64,000 nucleotides of DNA from Planktothrix sp. GU0601_MAG3 (GCA_035193785.1 CP136572.1:4244578-4308577), one strand, 5' to 3'; shown: positions 21,422-33,267, counted from the first letter of the stretch. The notes: generated from the letters alone by a model not told the origin. A program made the numbers and translations.

Positions 21422-22354
21422 TTATCGGTTTGATTGGGTTAAATTTAACAAGTCTAAACAAGAACAGAAAATCTCAGTTTGTTGCTGAAAAACTTCTTCA
21501 GCCGTCAAATTTGATTGAGACTCAGAAATAAAATTAACTTGATCAGAAGCACTTTGATATGTTGTTTGAATTGTCAACATTAGTTTGATAAAATTATCCA
21601 AGTTATCTTTATCTTTGAGTGCCGGGATAATTACATTGCTGGGTAAAGAATCAAGTATTTTAATAAAATCGGCATCTTTTAGGTTTAAGAATGCAGCCTG
21701 AAGTTTCCTATATTTTTGGTTAATCTCCATGCTATCATTGTGTCTATATTCATTAAGCCAATCAGGTTTTACTGACTGTTTTTTCTGAAGAATAGCCAGG
21801 TGATGTCCTGATTCAATAATTTCTATATCAAAACTATCGGGATATACTGACAACCAATTTTTTAAAATAATCTTTTCACTTTCTCGATTGAAGTCATCTA
21901 AAATAACAATACCACCAATACGGAGTTGGTCATAGACTTGATATAAACAGGCTTCTCTTCCTCTTAAGGTATAGAATGGTGGCCCATCTATAATTACGCA
22001 GTCAAAACTAAAGTTTTTTAAGGAAGTATCTTGAGTATAAGCAAAAATCGTACCCAAACCATATTCTTGAAAACTCAAAGGCTGATATTTTAACTCAAAG
22101 AGAGATTCTGGTTGAAGAAATTCTTTAGCAAGCTCTTGAGTTTGATGATAACAGTCTAAATCTGCATCTATTGAGATTATTTTGGTTTGAGGAAAACTTA
22201 AAGCTAGACGGACGGAACTTGCACCGCTACCAAATTCTAAAATATAATTTGGCAAATTAACTTTCTCATTGATCAAGTCAACAATTTTTAGGAATCCTTC
22301 TTCCCCAATCCGCCAAGCCAAATTAAGATTTAACTGATGATTATCAAAATTCAT
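21422..22354 (-). CDS. Class I SAM-dependent methyltransferase
   Basis: ILEFGSGASS, IIDGPP, IVILDD. Confidence 0.85.
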   Translation of the reverse strand: MNFDNHQLNLNLAWRIGEEGFLKIVDLINEKVNLPNYILEFGSGASSVRLALSFPQTKIISIDADLDCYHQTQELAKEFLQPESLFELKYQPLSFQEYGLGTIFAYTQDTSLKNFSFDCVIIDGPPFYTLRGREACLYQVYDQLRIGGIVILDDFNRESEKIILKNWLSVYPDSFDIEIIESGHHLAILQKKQSVKPDWLNEYRHNDSMEINQKYRKLQAAFLNLKDADFIKILDSLPSNVIIPALKDKDNLDNFIKLMLTIQTTYQSASDQVNFISESQSNLTAEEVFQQQTEIFCSCLDLLNLTQSNR

Positions 22355-22661
22355 TAATTTATGGGATCATTAGATCGTAAATAATTGCTTAATTGTATAC
22401 AAATGTATACAAAAAACCTAAATCGGTAATTTTATGGCAATTTTGAAGACAAGCTTTGATTAAAGCTTCCATTATGTTAACATGGATTCGTCTATTTTGG
22501 ATAAAAATCTTGAATATCCTGTGCTGTTAGTTGTTGTTCTCCAATTCACTTGAGGTGATCGGCATCTGTTGCTCAATACTTCTACCTTTTTCAAAGCCAA
22601 AGATAACTTTATTTCGATAGATTAAATCAAGTTCTTACCGATAACCAACAAATCAAATGCT

Positions 22662-23556
22662 ATGAAAAATCCTTTAATTTCTATTATTACTCCCGCTTAT
22701 AAGGCAGAAAACACTATCAACAGAGCCGTGAACAGTGTCATACAACAAGATTTTCTGGATTGGGAAATGATTATTATTAGCGATGATTACCAAAATTATT
22801 CTCAAATTCTTAAAGAAGATCATATCATGGATGAACGCTTACAATTTATTTCAACAAATAAATTTGGTTCGGGTTTCAAGTCATGCCAGAAATAAAGGGT
22901 TAGAGGTTGCTAGAGGAAAGTACATGGCAACCCTAGATGCGGACGATGAATTTAAACCTCAAAAATTATCAAAGATGCTCCCTTTGGTTGAGAGGTATGG
23001 TGCAGCTATTTCTGATATTGAAATTCGAGATCATGATTCTGATCTTTTACTAGAAAAATTCAGTAAGTTACCTAATTATGAGTTTCTTTCTCCAAAAGAC
23101 TTACCATGGGTTTCTGTTCATAGCTCTAGTATTTATTTATATGATGCCACTAAAATACCCAATTTATATTATGATACGGATTTTCCCAGAATGCAGGATT
23201 TTGTTTTTTTAATGTCCTTTTTTAATAACATTGAGTGTATTGGTTTTGAACATGAGCCTTTGCATATTTACTATAAGCGTAAGGGATCTGCTTGTAACTC
23301 TACCGATACCCATGAAACTTTTCATAAATCCAGAAATAAATTGCTGGAAAAAATAAATAATGGTCAAATATCTATTCAAAACAATTTAGCCAAAGCTGAG
23401 TGCATAAAAATCATAAATTTCATATCGGAAACAGATAATATTTACGATCAGGAAATTCTGAAAAATCCCCAAACTGATTGGCTGGAAATTTTTAAAACTA
23501 AAATTCAAGATCGGGATTTTGTAGGATATGCAAATTTTTTGATAAACGAGGTTTGA
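22662..23556 (+). CDS. Family 2 glycosyltransferase; apparent frameshift at 22873
   Basis: ISIITPAYK, ARNKGL, LDADD. Confidence 0.88.
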
Positions 23557-23680
23557 AAAAGGTACAAGAACGGTGAAAATTGGTTTTTTTACATCAACTT
23601 GACACCATTACTTTACTATGATAACTTCAGCTTTGGTTGCAAATTCAGTACAATTTACTTTTTAAATCAGAAAAAATCCG

Positions 23681-24788
23681 ATGATTAAAACCTATGTGAG
23701 TAATGCTTTTTTAAAAATCGAAGATTCCCAACTGTATGCTATTTTTGCTTGGAGTCAGCGTACAGCAGAAATTATTACTGTCAAATCGTGGTTAACAATA
23801 TTAGAAATATTTGTTCACGAACATTCTTTAGAAAAAGCTTACCTGATCTTTGAACAAATTAAATCAGCTTCTGTCCCAGAGAAACTGACGGAGGAGTTAG
23901 AGCAATATCAGCATCTGATTGAAAATGCCATAGTGTTTTTAGCCGATGGAAAAATTACAATTTTTGGTAAGGGATTTCGCAGCTTTATCGAAAAGGAAAT
24001 GTTATTTGAACTGGGTGATATTAGTCAAAAAAGTTACCAAGTTCTGACACAATTATTTTTTAACTATCAATTAAAAGATGATTTAGCATCCATTAATACC
24101 CTAGAAGAATTTCGTAATTTAGTAGAACATTTAGAACAACTGGGGTTGATATCTCCGGCTACAAATTCTATAAATTGGGGGGATTTAAAAAAGACTGTTC
24201 CTATTTGTCAAGCCTTTGGTTTAACTAGGGGTACACCAGTAGATAGATATTATCTCAGTCAATATTTAAAAGAAATTCAAACCCAAATTTATGGTAATAT
24301 CCTAGAAATAGGAGGAATCCCAAAAGATAAAGACTTCTATGAAGTTAATCCTGGCACATCCTATCAAATTATGAATATAGAACCCGGTTTGGGAATAGAT
24401 ATAGTGGGTGATGCTCACGATCCATCCATAATTAAACCGGAATCTTTTGATTCAATCGTAATTTTTAATGTTCTGGAACACTGTTATGCGCCTTGGCAAG
24501 TAGTAGAAAATATTTATACTTGGTTAAAACCGGGGGGTAAATGTTTTGCCATGGTTTCCTAGTTCTATCAGACTCCATGCTACACCCATGGACTATTGGC
24601 GGCCCTTACCCGATGCTTTTGCTTGGATGTTTAGAAATTTTTCTCACCAAAAGCTCTATATTTATGGTAATCCTATTACTGTTATTGCTAGTTATCATGG
24701 CATCGCCACTGAGGAACTAACAACCGCAGAACTGGACGCATATCATCCAGATTATCCTGTAGCTACCTGTATCGTAGCCCAGAAATAA
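23681..24788 (+). CDS. Methyltransferase with N-terminal extension; apparent frameshift at 24554
   Basis: RGTPVDRYY, ILEIGG, NVLEH, LKPGG, H..PMDYWR. Confidence 0.8.
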
Positions 24789-24810
24789 AATTTACCCTTT
24801 ATAAATTGCC

Positions 24811-25467
24811 ATGAGTCCGATTAATTTTGATATCCAACCCGAAGTTAGCATCATTTTATGTACATACAATCGAGCCCAATATTTAAGTCAATGTATTGAT
24901 AGTGTTATTGATCAAACTTTTAAAAATTGGGAATTGTTAGTTGTTGATGATGGCAGCAATGATCAGACTTTTGAAATCGTTAATCCCTATTTACAAAAAA
25001 TTCAAAATATCCGTTATTTGAAACATAAAAATCGCAAATTAGCCTACTCTAAAAATGTCGGTATTCAAGCCTCGTTTAGCTCTTATATTACATTTTTGGA
25101 TAGTGATGATACCTATGCACCTAATCATATAGAATCTCGTTTTAACTATCTAAAATCTCACCCCGAAATTGATTTAATACAAGGCGGATTCTTTTCTGAT
25201 GAAGATATTATAGTAGCTGACTATTATCAACCTGGGAAAACTATTAATTTAAAAGAGTGTGTTTTAGGCCCGACATTTTTTGGTAAACGTAAAGTATTTT
25301 TTGAATTAAAAGGATTTAATAATATCGCCTATGGTGAAGATACGGATTTTTGGCAACGGGCAGAAAAAGTATTCAAAACCCACAATATTACCAACCCAGA
25401 AACCTATATTTACACAAGAGCAGAAACAAGTATTACTAAGAGTGTTTTAGAGAAAATTTCTTTATGA
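24811..25467 (+). CDS. Family 2 glycosyltransferase
   Basis: SIILCTYNR, VDDGS, FLDSDD, GED. Confidence 0.9.
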   Translation: MSPINFDIQPEVSIILCTYNRAQYLSQCIDSVIDQTFKNWELLVVDDGSNDQTFEIVNPYLQKIQNIRYLKHKNRKLAYSKNVGIQASFSSYITFLDSDDTYAPNHIESRFNYLKSHPEIDLIQGGFFSDEDIIVADYYQPGKTINLKECVLGPTFFGKRKVFFELKGFNNIAYGEDTDFWQRAEKVFKTHNITNPETYIYTRAETSITKSVLEKISL

Positions 25468-25482
25468 GATTAGGTAATTGGT

Positions 25483-26773
25483 ATGAAAGTTAATATTTTC
25501 TTCTCCCAAATCAGAAGCCATTTTTACCTCATTGTCAGAGTTTTCTTAAGTTTATCTCTAGTATTCCTATCGAGTTGTCAGCCTATATTACCCAAGAATA
25601 ATAATGTCATTCATCTGACACTATGGCAATCAATTAATCCGCCTGTAAATCGGGATGTTTTTGAAAGATTGGTAGACAAATTTAATCAAAAATATAGTAA
25701 TATTCAGGTAGAATCTATTTATGCAGAAGGATTACCAAAAGTATTAACGGCGGTTGTTGGTAATGCTCCTCCAGATATTCTGTCATTTTATCCGCAACTT
25801 ACGGGGCAATTTGTGGAAACTGGGAGCCATTGTTCCCCTAGAAAAATGGTTTGACCAATTACCCGGGAAATCTGAAGTTATTCCTAACACATTGGAGGAA
25901 TTAAAATTAGATGGTCATTTGTGGTCAATTCCTCTTTCTACGAGTAATCTGGCTATTTTTTATCGTCCCACACTTTTTGAAGCCGCGGGCATCAAAGAAA
26001 CCCCGAAAACTTGGGAAGAATTACGCCAAGTTGCTAAAAAATTGACCATATATAAAAATGGCGATAAACTACCCGAACAATATGGAATATTACTACCTTT
26101 AGGCAAGGGAGAATGGACGGTTTTTAGTTGGTTTCCGTTTTTATTAAGTGCTGGAGGTGAAATAGTAACTAATGGTTATCCCAATTTAACAAATGCTGGA
26201 GCTATTACCGCTTTAAAATTCTGGGAAGACTTAATGAAAGATGGTTCAGCTATTCTTTCTAGTCCAGAAAGGGGTTATGAGGAGGATAATTTTCTGGCTG
26301 GTCGTGTGGCAATGCAAATAACTGGCCCTTGGACTTATATTACTAAATCTAATGTGGATTATCAAATCTTTCCTATCCCTGCTAATGTGGAGAAAGCGAC
26401 GGTGATTGGGGGTGGCAATCTTTATGTTATGAAGACTCAGCCAGAAAGGGAGAAAGCAGCCCTGAAGTTTTTAGAATTTGTTTTAAGTGAAGAATTTCAA
26501 ACAGAATGGGCGATAGGGACGGGTTTTTTACCCGTTAATTTTAATTCTGTTCAAAGTCAGGCTTATCAACAATTTCTCAACTCCAAACCTTGGTTAAAAG
26601 TGTTTGTAGACCAAATGCCTGTGGCTCGCTCCCGACCTATTATTGCGGGATATAATCGTTTATCTAATAGTTTGGGTCGAGCCATTGAGTCTACATTACT
26701 TGGTAAATCTTCTGCTGAACAAGCACTTAAAGAAGCTCAAGCACGTTTAGATCTAATTTGGAAAAGAAATTGA
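25483..26773 (+). CDS. Sugar ABC transporter substrate-binding lipoprotein; apparent frameshift at 25816
   Basis: Lipobox LSSC; P.TWEEL, AMQITGPW. Confidence 0.88.
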
Positions 26774-26889
26774 TGTGTAGAAATTAGGGAACACCGGAAC
26801 ACCGGAACAGTTCCCCCCTACTGATAATCTTTTGATTCTTGGATTCAGAATCCTCAAGACGTGGTATATTGGAAAGGTTGTCTAAAAAT

Positions 26890-26962
26890 CACACATCCAG
26901 GGATTCGGGTGTTTCTAGGGTTTAAACCCTTAGCTGATACGCCTGGATGGAGGATTAACCCG
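26890..26962 (+). promoter_or_regulatory. rpsB 5' leader structure (S2 autoregulatory leader-like)
   Basis: cacacatccagg...cctggatggagg long stem with inner hairpin directly upstream of rpsB. Confidence 0.6.
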
Positions 26963-26980
26963 AATTAGGAGTTATAAAGA

Positions 26981-27772
26981 ATGGGCGTTATTAGTTTGGC
27001 AGAAATGCTGGAGTCTGGAGTTCACTTTGGACATCAGACCCGCCGTTGGAATCCAAAAATGTCTCCTTATATCTACACGGAGCGTAACGGGGTTCATATT
27101 ATTGATTTAGTTCAAACCGCAGAACTAATGGAGGAGGCCTATGATTATGTCAGAAGTTCCTCTGAAGATGGGAAAAAGTTTCTGTTTGTGGGGACTAAAC
27201 GCCAAGCCGCCGGAATTATCGCCAGTGAAGCCGCCCGTTGCGGGGGATATTATGTCAACCAACGTTGGTTGGGAGGAATGCTGACCAACTGGGCGACGAT
27301 TAAAACCCGGGTTGACCGTCTGAAAACTTTAGAAGACCGCGAGTCTAGTGGTTATTTTGATTATCTTCCTAAAAAAGAAGCTTCGGTTTTACGTCGAGAA
27401 TTGACGAAATTACGGAAGTATTTAGGCGGAATTAAAGCGATGCGTCGTGTTCCTGATGTGGTAATTTTAGTTGACCAACGCCGGGAATATAACGCCGTGA
27501 TGGAATGTCGGAAATTAGATATTCCAATTGTGTCTTTATTAGATACTAATTGTGATCCTGATTTGGCAGATATTCATATTCCTGCTAATGATGATGCTAT
27601 TCGTTCAATTAAGTTGATTGTCGGTAAGTTAGCCGATGCAATTTATGAAGGGCGTCATGGTCAAGGTGCAGAAATACCGGAAGAAGATTATGATTACGAA
27701 GCCGAATATGAAGACGATGAAGAAGTTGAAGATATCGGCGATTTAGATTCTGATTCGGAGTCGGAAGAATAA
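26981..27772 (+). CDS. rpsB: 30S ribosomal protein S2
   Basis: [33 protein letters not shown]. Confidence 0.99.
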   Translation: MGVISLAEMLESGVHFGHQTRRWNPKMSPYIYTERNGVHIIDLVQTAELMEEAYDYVRSSSEDGKKFLFVGTKRQAAGIIASEAARCGGYYVNQRWLGGMLTNWATIKTRVDRLKTLEDRESSGYFDYLPKKEASVLRRELTKLRKYLGGIKAMRRVPDVVILVDQRREYNAVMECRKLDIPIVSLLDTNCDPDLADIHIPANDDAIRSIKLIVGKLADAIYEGRHGQGAEIPEEDYDYEAEYEDDEEVEDIGDLDSDSESEE

Positions 27773-27940
27773 AACCTAAAACAAGTTCTCAGGAGTCTTT
27801 TTGGGGGAGGTTTGAAGCCTAATTATCCCCTCGGGACTCCTGGGGTATTGATCTGGAAAAACGCTCTTATTCATTTGTTATACTGGTGGTTAACAGATGG
27901 ATGATAGCTGTAGCAAACCTAGAGTAAATCTGAGGAAAAA

Positions 27941-28601
27941 ATGGCGGAAATCTCAGCAAAAGTTGTTAAGGAACTGCGCGATAAAACGGGCGCGGGGATG
28001 ATGGACTGTAAGAAAGCCCTGATTGAAAATGATGGGGATATCACGAAGTCCATGGAATGGTTGCGTCAAAAGGGTATTAGTTTCTGCGGATAAAAAGACC
28101 TCCCGTAGTGCGACCGAAGGCTTGGTGGGAAGTTATATTCACACCGGTGGACGGGTTGGAGTTATGGTGGAAGTCAACTGCGAAACGGACTTTGTGGCGC
28201 GTCGGGAGGAGTTTAAAGCATTAGTGAATAATATTGCGATGCAAATTGCAGCTTGTCCTAATGTGGAATATGTTTCTATTGATGATATTCCCGCCAGCAT
28301 TACCGCTAAGGAAAAAGAGATTGAAATGAAGCGGGATGATTTAGGAAATAAACCCGATAATATTAAGGAAAAAATTGTTCAGGGACGAATTGATAAGCGT
28401 CTCCAAGAGTTGTCTTTGGTTGATCAACCGTACATTCGCAATCAAGATATTACGGTGGCGGAGTTGGTGAAACAAAGTATTTCTCTGTTAGGAGAAAATA
28501 TTAAAATTCGTCGCTTTGCTCGTTTTGTTTTGGGTGAAGGGTTGCAAAAGGAAGAAAAGAATTTTGCGGATGAAGTCGCCGAACAAATGGGTAAAGCCTA
28601 G
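27941..28601 (+). CDS. tsf: Elongation factor Ts; apparent frameshift at 28080
   Basis: [36 protein letters not shown]. Confidence 0.97.
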
Positions 28602-28722
28602 GTTACTTCTGAAGTTAATTGATAGTTGGGACTCCGATCTAATAGGAATCTAATTATGATCGGAGTCCATTAATTTATAATTCGTAATTTGTAATTTGTA
28701 ATTCGTAATTCGTAATTCCTTT

Positions 28723-29544
28723 ATGGCTGGATCAATAAATCGCGTTGATCAGGATATCGCTGCTTTGGAAGAAGCGATCGCTAAAATTGCCCAAGAGTTT
28801 CATAAAGCCTATGAAGTCTATTTAGTCTCCCTGGGGCAAGGGGTACGTCAACAATTAATTTTGGCGAGTTATCACCTCTGTACTCAAACCTATCCTCAAG
28901 CATTTTTAGAATTATCGGTTTCACAACGACAAAAATTACAACAGGAGCTAAGAAATTTAGCCCGACAAATGCAGACGGATTTGTGCGATGCTCTGCACAT
29001 TCTAGTTGCGTTTGAACTTGTAGATGCAGAGGAGGAGGATTTTATCTCTGAACCGGAGGAGGCACAGCCCGAGGAAAATTTGCGGGTTTCTCGGACTCCC
29101 CAAGCGTTGGATTTATTAGCTTGGCAAGAAGGGATTGAAACCGAAATTGTGCGACTGTTGAAATTGCTATCTAAGGATACTAACTTGCTGTTACAACGGT
29201 TTGGACTGTTACCGAAAAAATTACCGGAGGCGATTTTGGAAGTGGCTTCTAAGGCTCAGGCGTCGAGTGATATGGTGGCTGGGCCAGCGAATTTACTCCA
29301 GATTATGATTGAGACGGAGGATGATGACGAGTCCCAAACCTCCTCTATGACCAAGTTAACGGCTATTCATTTGCGCTTGGGGGAAATTGAGTTTGCGGAT
29401 GCTAATGTGATGGCGCGACGTCACCAACTCCGCCATTTATCGGGACAGTTGAGTAGTATTCGTCGGGACTATCAAAAAAAGTTACGCGAGAGGGCTATAC
29501 TTCAGGCAGAATCAGCTTGGCGAGCTAGTTGGTATGAGGATTGA
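28723..29544 (+). CDS. Conserved cyanobacterial hypothetical protein
   Basis: Long helical ORF ending AESAWRASWYED between tsf and recG. Confidence 0.8.
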   Translation: MAGSINRVDQDIAALEEAIAKIAQEFHKAYEVYLVSLGQGVRQQLILASYHLCTQTYPQAFLELSVSQRQKLQQELRNLARQMQTDLCDALHILVAFELVDAEEEDFISEPEEAQPEENLRVSRTPQALDLLAWQEGIETEIVRLLKLLSKDTNLLLQRFGLLPKKLPEAILEVASKAQASSDMVAGPANLLQIMIETEDDDESQTSSMTKLTAIHLRLGEIEFADANVMARRHQLRHLSGQLSSIRRDYQKKLRERAILQAESAWRASWYED

Positions 29545-29592
29545 AAAAGGTTGTAATGGTTGTGGGTTGGGGCTTTTGAGGTTTTGTTGTTT

Positions 29593-29669
29593 AAAAAATC
29601 AAGTGTAGGTACGCAGAACCCCCACCAGCATATAACTAAATTATAGCACCCCAAAATTATCCGTGTCAA
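29593..29669 (-). ncRNA. Candidate promoter-driven ~40-nt RNA/micro-ORF, copy 1
   Basis: TTGACA-18-TATAAT, then ATG...TGA (MLVGVLRTYT), hairpin and T6. Confidence 0.45.
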
Positions 29670-29770
29670 CCTTGATCAAAATTTGCCTGAATTTTTCCCG
29701 AAAATCGAGGAGTGGGGAAACTAGAAAAATCCGCAATGCTATGGATAAAGGCTTTCAAGATTTATTGCCT

Positions 29771-29847
29771 AAAAAATCAAGTGCAAGCCCAAACCACTGC
29801 CACTAGCATTTGCTAAAATTGTAGCAAAATTGATTTATTATTGTCAA
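29771..29847 (-). ncRNA. Candidate promoter-driven ~40-nt RNA/micro-ORF, copy 2
   Basis: TTGACA-18-TACAAT, then ATG...TGA (MLVAVVWACT), hairpin and T6. Confidence 0.45.
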
Positions 29848-30000
29848 CCCCCGGAAAATTTGGCTTAATTCCTATTATCAAAAAGCCGAGTAGAGAGATT
29901 AAAAAAAAGCAAAGTCAATCTCTGTTATACTGGAGATATTGTATATTATAATAGGCTGTAGTAAGTCACGAAGACAGGGTAATTAGGAAGTTAGATTAAG

Positions 30001-32472
30001 ATGAAATCCTATCAACCGGACTGGTGGAGATTTAGTAAAGCGTTATGCGTAGAAGCAGAACGGGGTTTTACTAATTTACAGGGGAGCCAATATCAGTTCC
30101 ATGAATTTTTTTATGTCAGTTTAAAGGAATTGTTTGAAAATGCACCGCCGGAGACTCAGCAACGGTGTCAAGATTTGGCGGAGGAATTTTTACGCTATCC
30201 TGAGTTAGCCTTAGAAGGCCGACAACATTTAATTGCAGATACCAGAAGGTTTTTATTGCAATTACAACGGTTATTTGAGTGTCGGAATAAGGTATCGGAT
30301 ATTCGGGAAAAAGAACAAAATCGAAACCCCCAAGCCCTTACTACAGGAATAACGGAAAAAGGCAAAAGTGTTGATATTTCCTTAGAACAATCCCTAGAAA
30401 AAATTATCGGGCCTAGAAATAGCGATCGCATCGCCAAATTAGGAATTTTAACCGTATTTGATTTACTGTATTATTATCCCAGGGATCATATTGACTACGC
30501 CCGACAGGTGAAAATCAAAGAACTCGAACCTGGGGAAACCGTAACCCTAATTGCTCAGGTAAAACGGTGTAGTTGTTTTAGTAGTCCTCGGAATAAAAAA
30601 TTAACCATATTAGAATTAGTATTAAGCGATAATACCGGACAGCTTAAAATTAGTCGGTTTTATGCGGGAAATCGATATAGTAGTAAAGGTTGGCAACATC
30701 AACAAAAAACTAATTATGCGACCGGGGCGTTAATTGCAGCATCGGGTTTAGTGAAAAAAAATCAATATGGAATTACCTTAGATAACCCGGAATTAGAGGT
30801 TTTAGATGATGCCGGGGGTCAAATTGAATCAATGAAAATTGGGCGACTTTTGCCCGTGTATCCGTTAGCAGATGGTATCGGGGCGGACGTGGTGAGAAAA
30901 GCCGTAATTGCAGCTTTACCCGCGGCGAAACAATTGCCAGAAGCGTTACCGCAAGAAGTATTAACTCAATATCAATTAATTGGCTTAACCCATGCCATTG
31001 AGAATATCCATTTTCCCCCAGACCGAGATTGTTTATCGGCGGCGAGACGGCGGTTAGTCTTTGATGAATTTTTCTATTTACAGTTAGGATTATTAACCCG
31101 GAGACAACAGCAGAAACAAGTTGAAACCAGTGCAATTTTAGCCCCTATGGGCAAATTAATTGATGAATTTTATCAGATGTTACCCTTTCAATTAACCAAT
31201 GCTCAAGATCGGGTAATTCAAGAAATTCTCCAGGATTTATATTCCCCTGAACCGATGAATAGATTAGTTCAAGGAGATGTGGGGGCGGGTAAAACAGTGG
31301 TGGCGGTGGTGGCAATGTTAGCAGCAATTCAAGCCGGATATCAAGCCGCTTTAATGGCTCCGACGGAAGTTTTAGCCGAACAACATTATCGAAAATTAGT
31401 AGGTTGGTTTAATTTAATGCACCTTTCGGTAGAATTATTAACAGGTTCAACAAAAGTTGGCAAACGGCGTCAAATTCATGCCCATTTAGAAACGGGAGAA
31501 TTACCAGTTTTAGTCGGAACCCATGCCTTAATTCAAGATAAGGTGAATTTTCATCGTTTGGGATTAGTGGTAATTGATGAACAACATCGATTTGGTGTTC
31601 AACAACGAGCCAGATTACAACAAAAAGGCGAATCTCCCCATGTTTTAACCATGACCGCCACTCCCATTCCCCGAACATTAGCGTTGACCTTACATGGGGA
31701 TTTAGATGTTAGTCAAATTGATGAACTACCCCCCGGTCGCCAACCAATTCAAACCACAATTTTAACCGGAAAACAACGACGGGATGCCTATGATTTAATT
31801 CAGCGCGAGGTAGCAAAAGGCCGACAGGTTTATGTGGTGTTACCCTTAATTGAAGAATCGGAAAAATTAGATGTTAAATCGGCGGTGGAGGAACATGAAA
31901 AATTACAGTCTAAGATTTTTCCCGAGTTTAAAATTGGCTTGCTCCATGGTCGAATGAGTAGCGCGGAAAAAGATGGAGCTATTACTCTATTTCGGGATGG
32001 AGAAACTCAGATTCTAGTGTCAACAACGGTGGTGGAAGTGGGGGTTGATGTTCCCAATGCCACGGTGATGTTAATTGAAAATGCCGAGCGGTTTGGATTA
32101 TCTCAAGTGCATCAATTACGGGGACGGGTGGGTCGCGGAAAAGATAAATCCTATTGTTTATTAATGTTAGGTGGTTCTACCCCGGAAGCACGCCAACGAT
32201 TACAGGTTTTAGAACAATCTCAGGATGGGTTTTTAATTGCCGAAATGGATTTACAATTGCGGGGGCCAGGACAGGTTTTAGGGACTCGCCAGTCGGGTTT
32301 ACCGGATTTTGCTTTAGCGAGTTTAGTGGAGGATCAGGAGGTGTTACAATTGGCTAGGGATGCCGCCCAAAAGGTATTAGAAAAAGATCCTAAGTTACAG
32401 GGTTTACCCTTAATGCGCGATGAATTAAATCGTCGTTATATTAAAATTATGGGAGGCAGTATTTTAACCTAG
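30001..32472 (+). CDS. recG: ATP-dependent DNA helicase RecG
   Basis: QGDVGAGKT, DEQHRFG, MTATPIPRT, HQLRGRVGRG. Confidence 0.97.
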   Translation: MKSYQPDWWRFSKALCVEAERGFTNLQGSQYQFHEFFYVSLKELFENAPPETQQRCQDLAEEFLRYPELALEGRQHLIADTRRFLLQLQRLFECRNKVSDIREKEQNRNPQALTTGITEKGKSVDISLEQSLEKIIGPRNSDRIAKLGILTVFDLLYYYPRDHIDYARQVKIKELEPGETVTLIAQVKRCSCFSSPRNKKLTILELVLSDNTGQLKISRFYAGNRYSSKGWQHQQKTNYATGALIAASGLVKKNQYGITLDNPELEVLDDAGGQIESMKIGRLLPVYPLADGIGADVVRKAVIAALPAAKQLPEALPQEVLTQYQLIGLTHAIENIHFPPDRDCLSAARRRLVFDEFFYLQLGLLTRRQQQKQVETSAILAPMGKLIDEFYQMLPFQLTNAQDRVIQEILQDLYSPEPMNRLVQGDVGAGKTVVAVVAMLAAIQAGYQAALMAPTEVLAEQHYRKLVGWFNLMHLSVELLTGSTKVGKRRQIHAHLETGELPVLVGTHALIQDKVNFHRLGLVVIDEQHRFGVQQRARLQQKGESPHVLTMTATPIPRTLALTLHGDLDVSQIDELPPGRQPIQTTILTGKQRRDAYDLIQREVAKGRQVYVVLPLIEESEKLDVKSAVEEHEKLQSKIFPEFKIGLLHGRMSSAEKDGAITLFRDGETQILVSTTVVEVGVDVPNATVMLIENAERFGLSQVHQLRGRVGRGKDKSYCLLMLGGSTPEARQRLQVLEQSQDGFLIAEMDLQLRGPGQVLGTRQSGLPDFALASLVEDQEVLQLARDAAQKVLEKDPKLQGLPLMRDELNRRYIKIMGGSILT

Positions 32473-32493
32473 TTCTCATTACCCATTACCTAT

Positions 32494-32568
32494 CACGGAT
32501 TTAAAAGGATTACGCAGATTAACACAGATTAAAATCCGTGAAATCCGTGAAATCCTCTTAAATCCGTG
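32494..32568. repeat. Palindromic intergenic repeat
   Basis: cacggatttaa...ttaaatccgtg with internal aaatccgtg units. Confidence 0.65.
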
Positions 32569-32589
32569 TTCCCTGTTCCCTTAAAAAAA

Positions 32590-33267
32590 ATGAAAATAGT
32601 ATTAACAAATGATGATGGTATTGATGCCCCCGGAATTAAAGCATTGGGGGAGGCAATTTCTGGGGAAAAGATTTGGATTGCGCCGGAAAAAGAATATTCC
32701 CAATGTGGACATCAAGTGACCACCCATCAAGGAATTAAGGTAGAAAAACGGTCAGAAATAGAATATGCAATTGGGGGAACTCCCGCCGATTGTATTCGGT
32801 TAGCGGTGTCCCATCTTTGTCCTGATTTAAGTTGGGTAATTTCGGGAATTAATCCGGGGGGAAATATGGGAGTTGATGTTTATATTTCCGGGACGGTGGC
32901 GGCGGTGAGGGAGGCGGCAATTCACGGTATTCCGGGGATAGCTTTATCGCAATATCGCAAAGGAGGAAAACCCGTAAATTGGCAAAGGGCGACCCGTTGG
33001 GCAAATTTAGTGTTAAATGAATTAATGCAGCATCCGCCGCAACGGGGGTGTTTTTGGAATGTTAATTTTCCTTATTTGGAACCGGAAGATCCTGAGCCAG
33101 ATATGGTATTTTGTAAATTAGGAATTCAATCTTTGCCGATTAATTATAGAATGGAGGGGGATTATTTTCATTATTACGGAAGTTATAGCGATCGCACCTA
33201 CGAAGTCGGAACCGATGTGGAGGTGTGTTTTCGGGGGAAAATAGCTGTGAGTTTAATTAAATTGTAG
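32590..33267 (+). CDS. surE: Second SurE-family nucleotidase
   Basis: LTNDDG, GTPADC, SGINPGGN, SGTVAA. Confidence 0.9.
   Translation: MKIVLTNDDGIDAPGIKALGEAISGEKIWIAPEKEYSQCGHQVTTHQGIKVEKRSEIEYAIGGTPADCIRLAVSHLCPDLSWVISGINPGGNMGVDVYISGTVAAVREAAIHGIPGIALSQYRKGGKPVNWQRATRWANLVLNELMQHPPQRGCFWNVNFPYLEPEDPEPDMVFCKLGIQSLPINYRMEGDYFHYYGSYSDRTYEVGTDVEVCFRGKIAVSLIKL

Noticed and set aside
13637..33267. Two surE paralogs in one window
   Set aside because: Two SurE homologues are common in cyanobacteria and these are unlinked.
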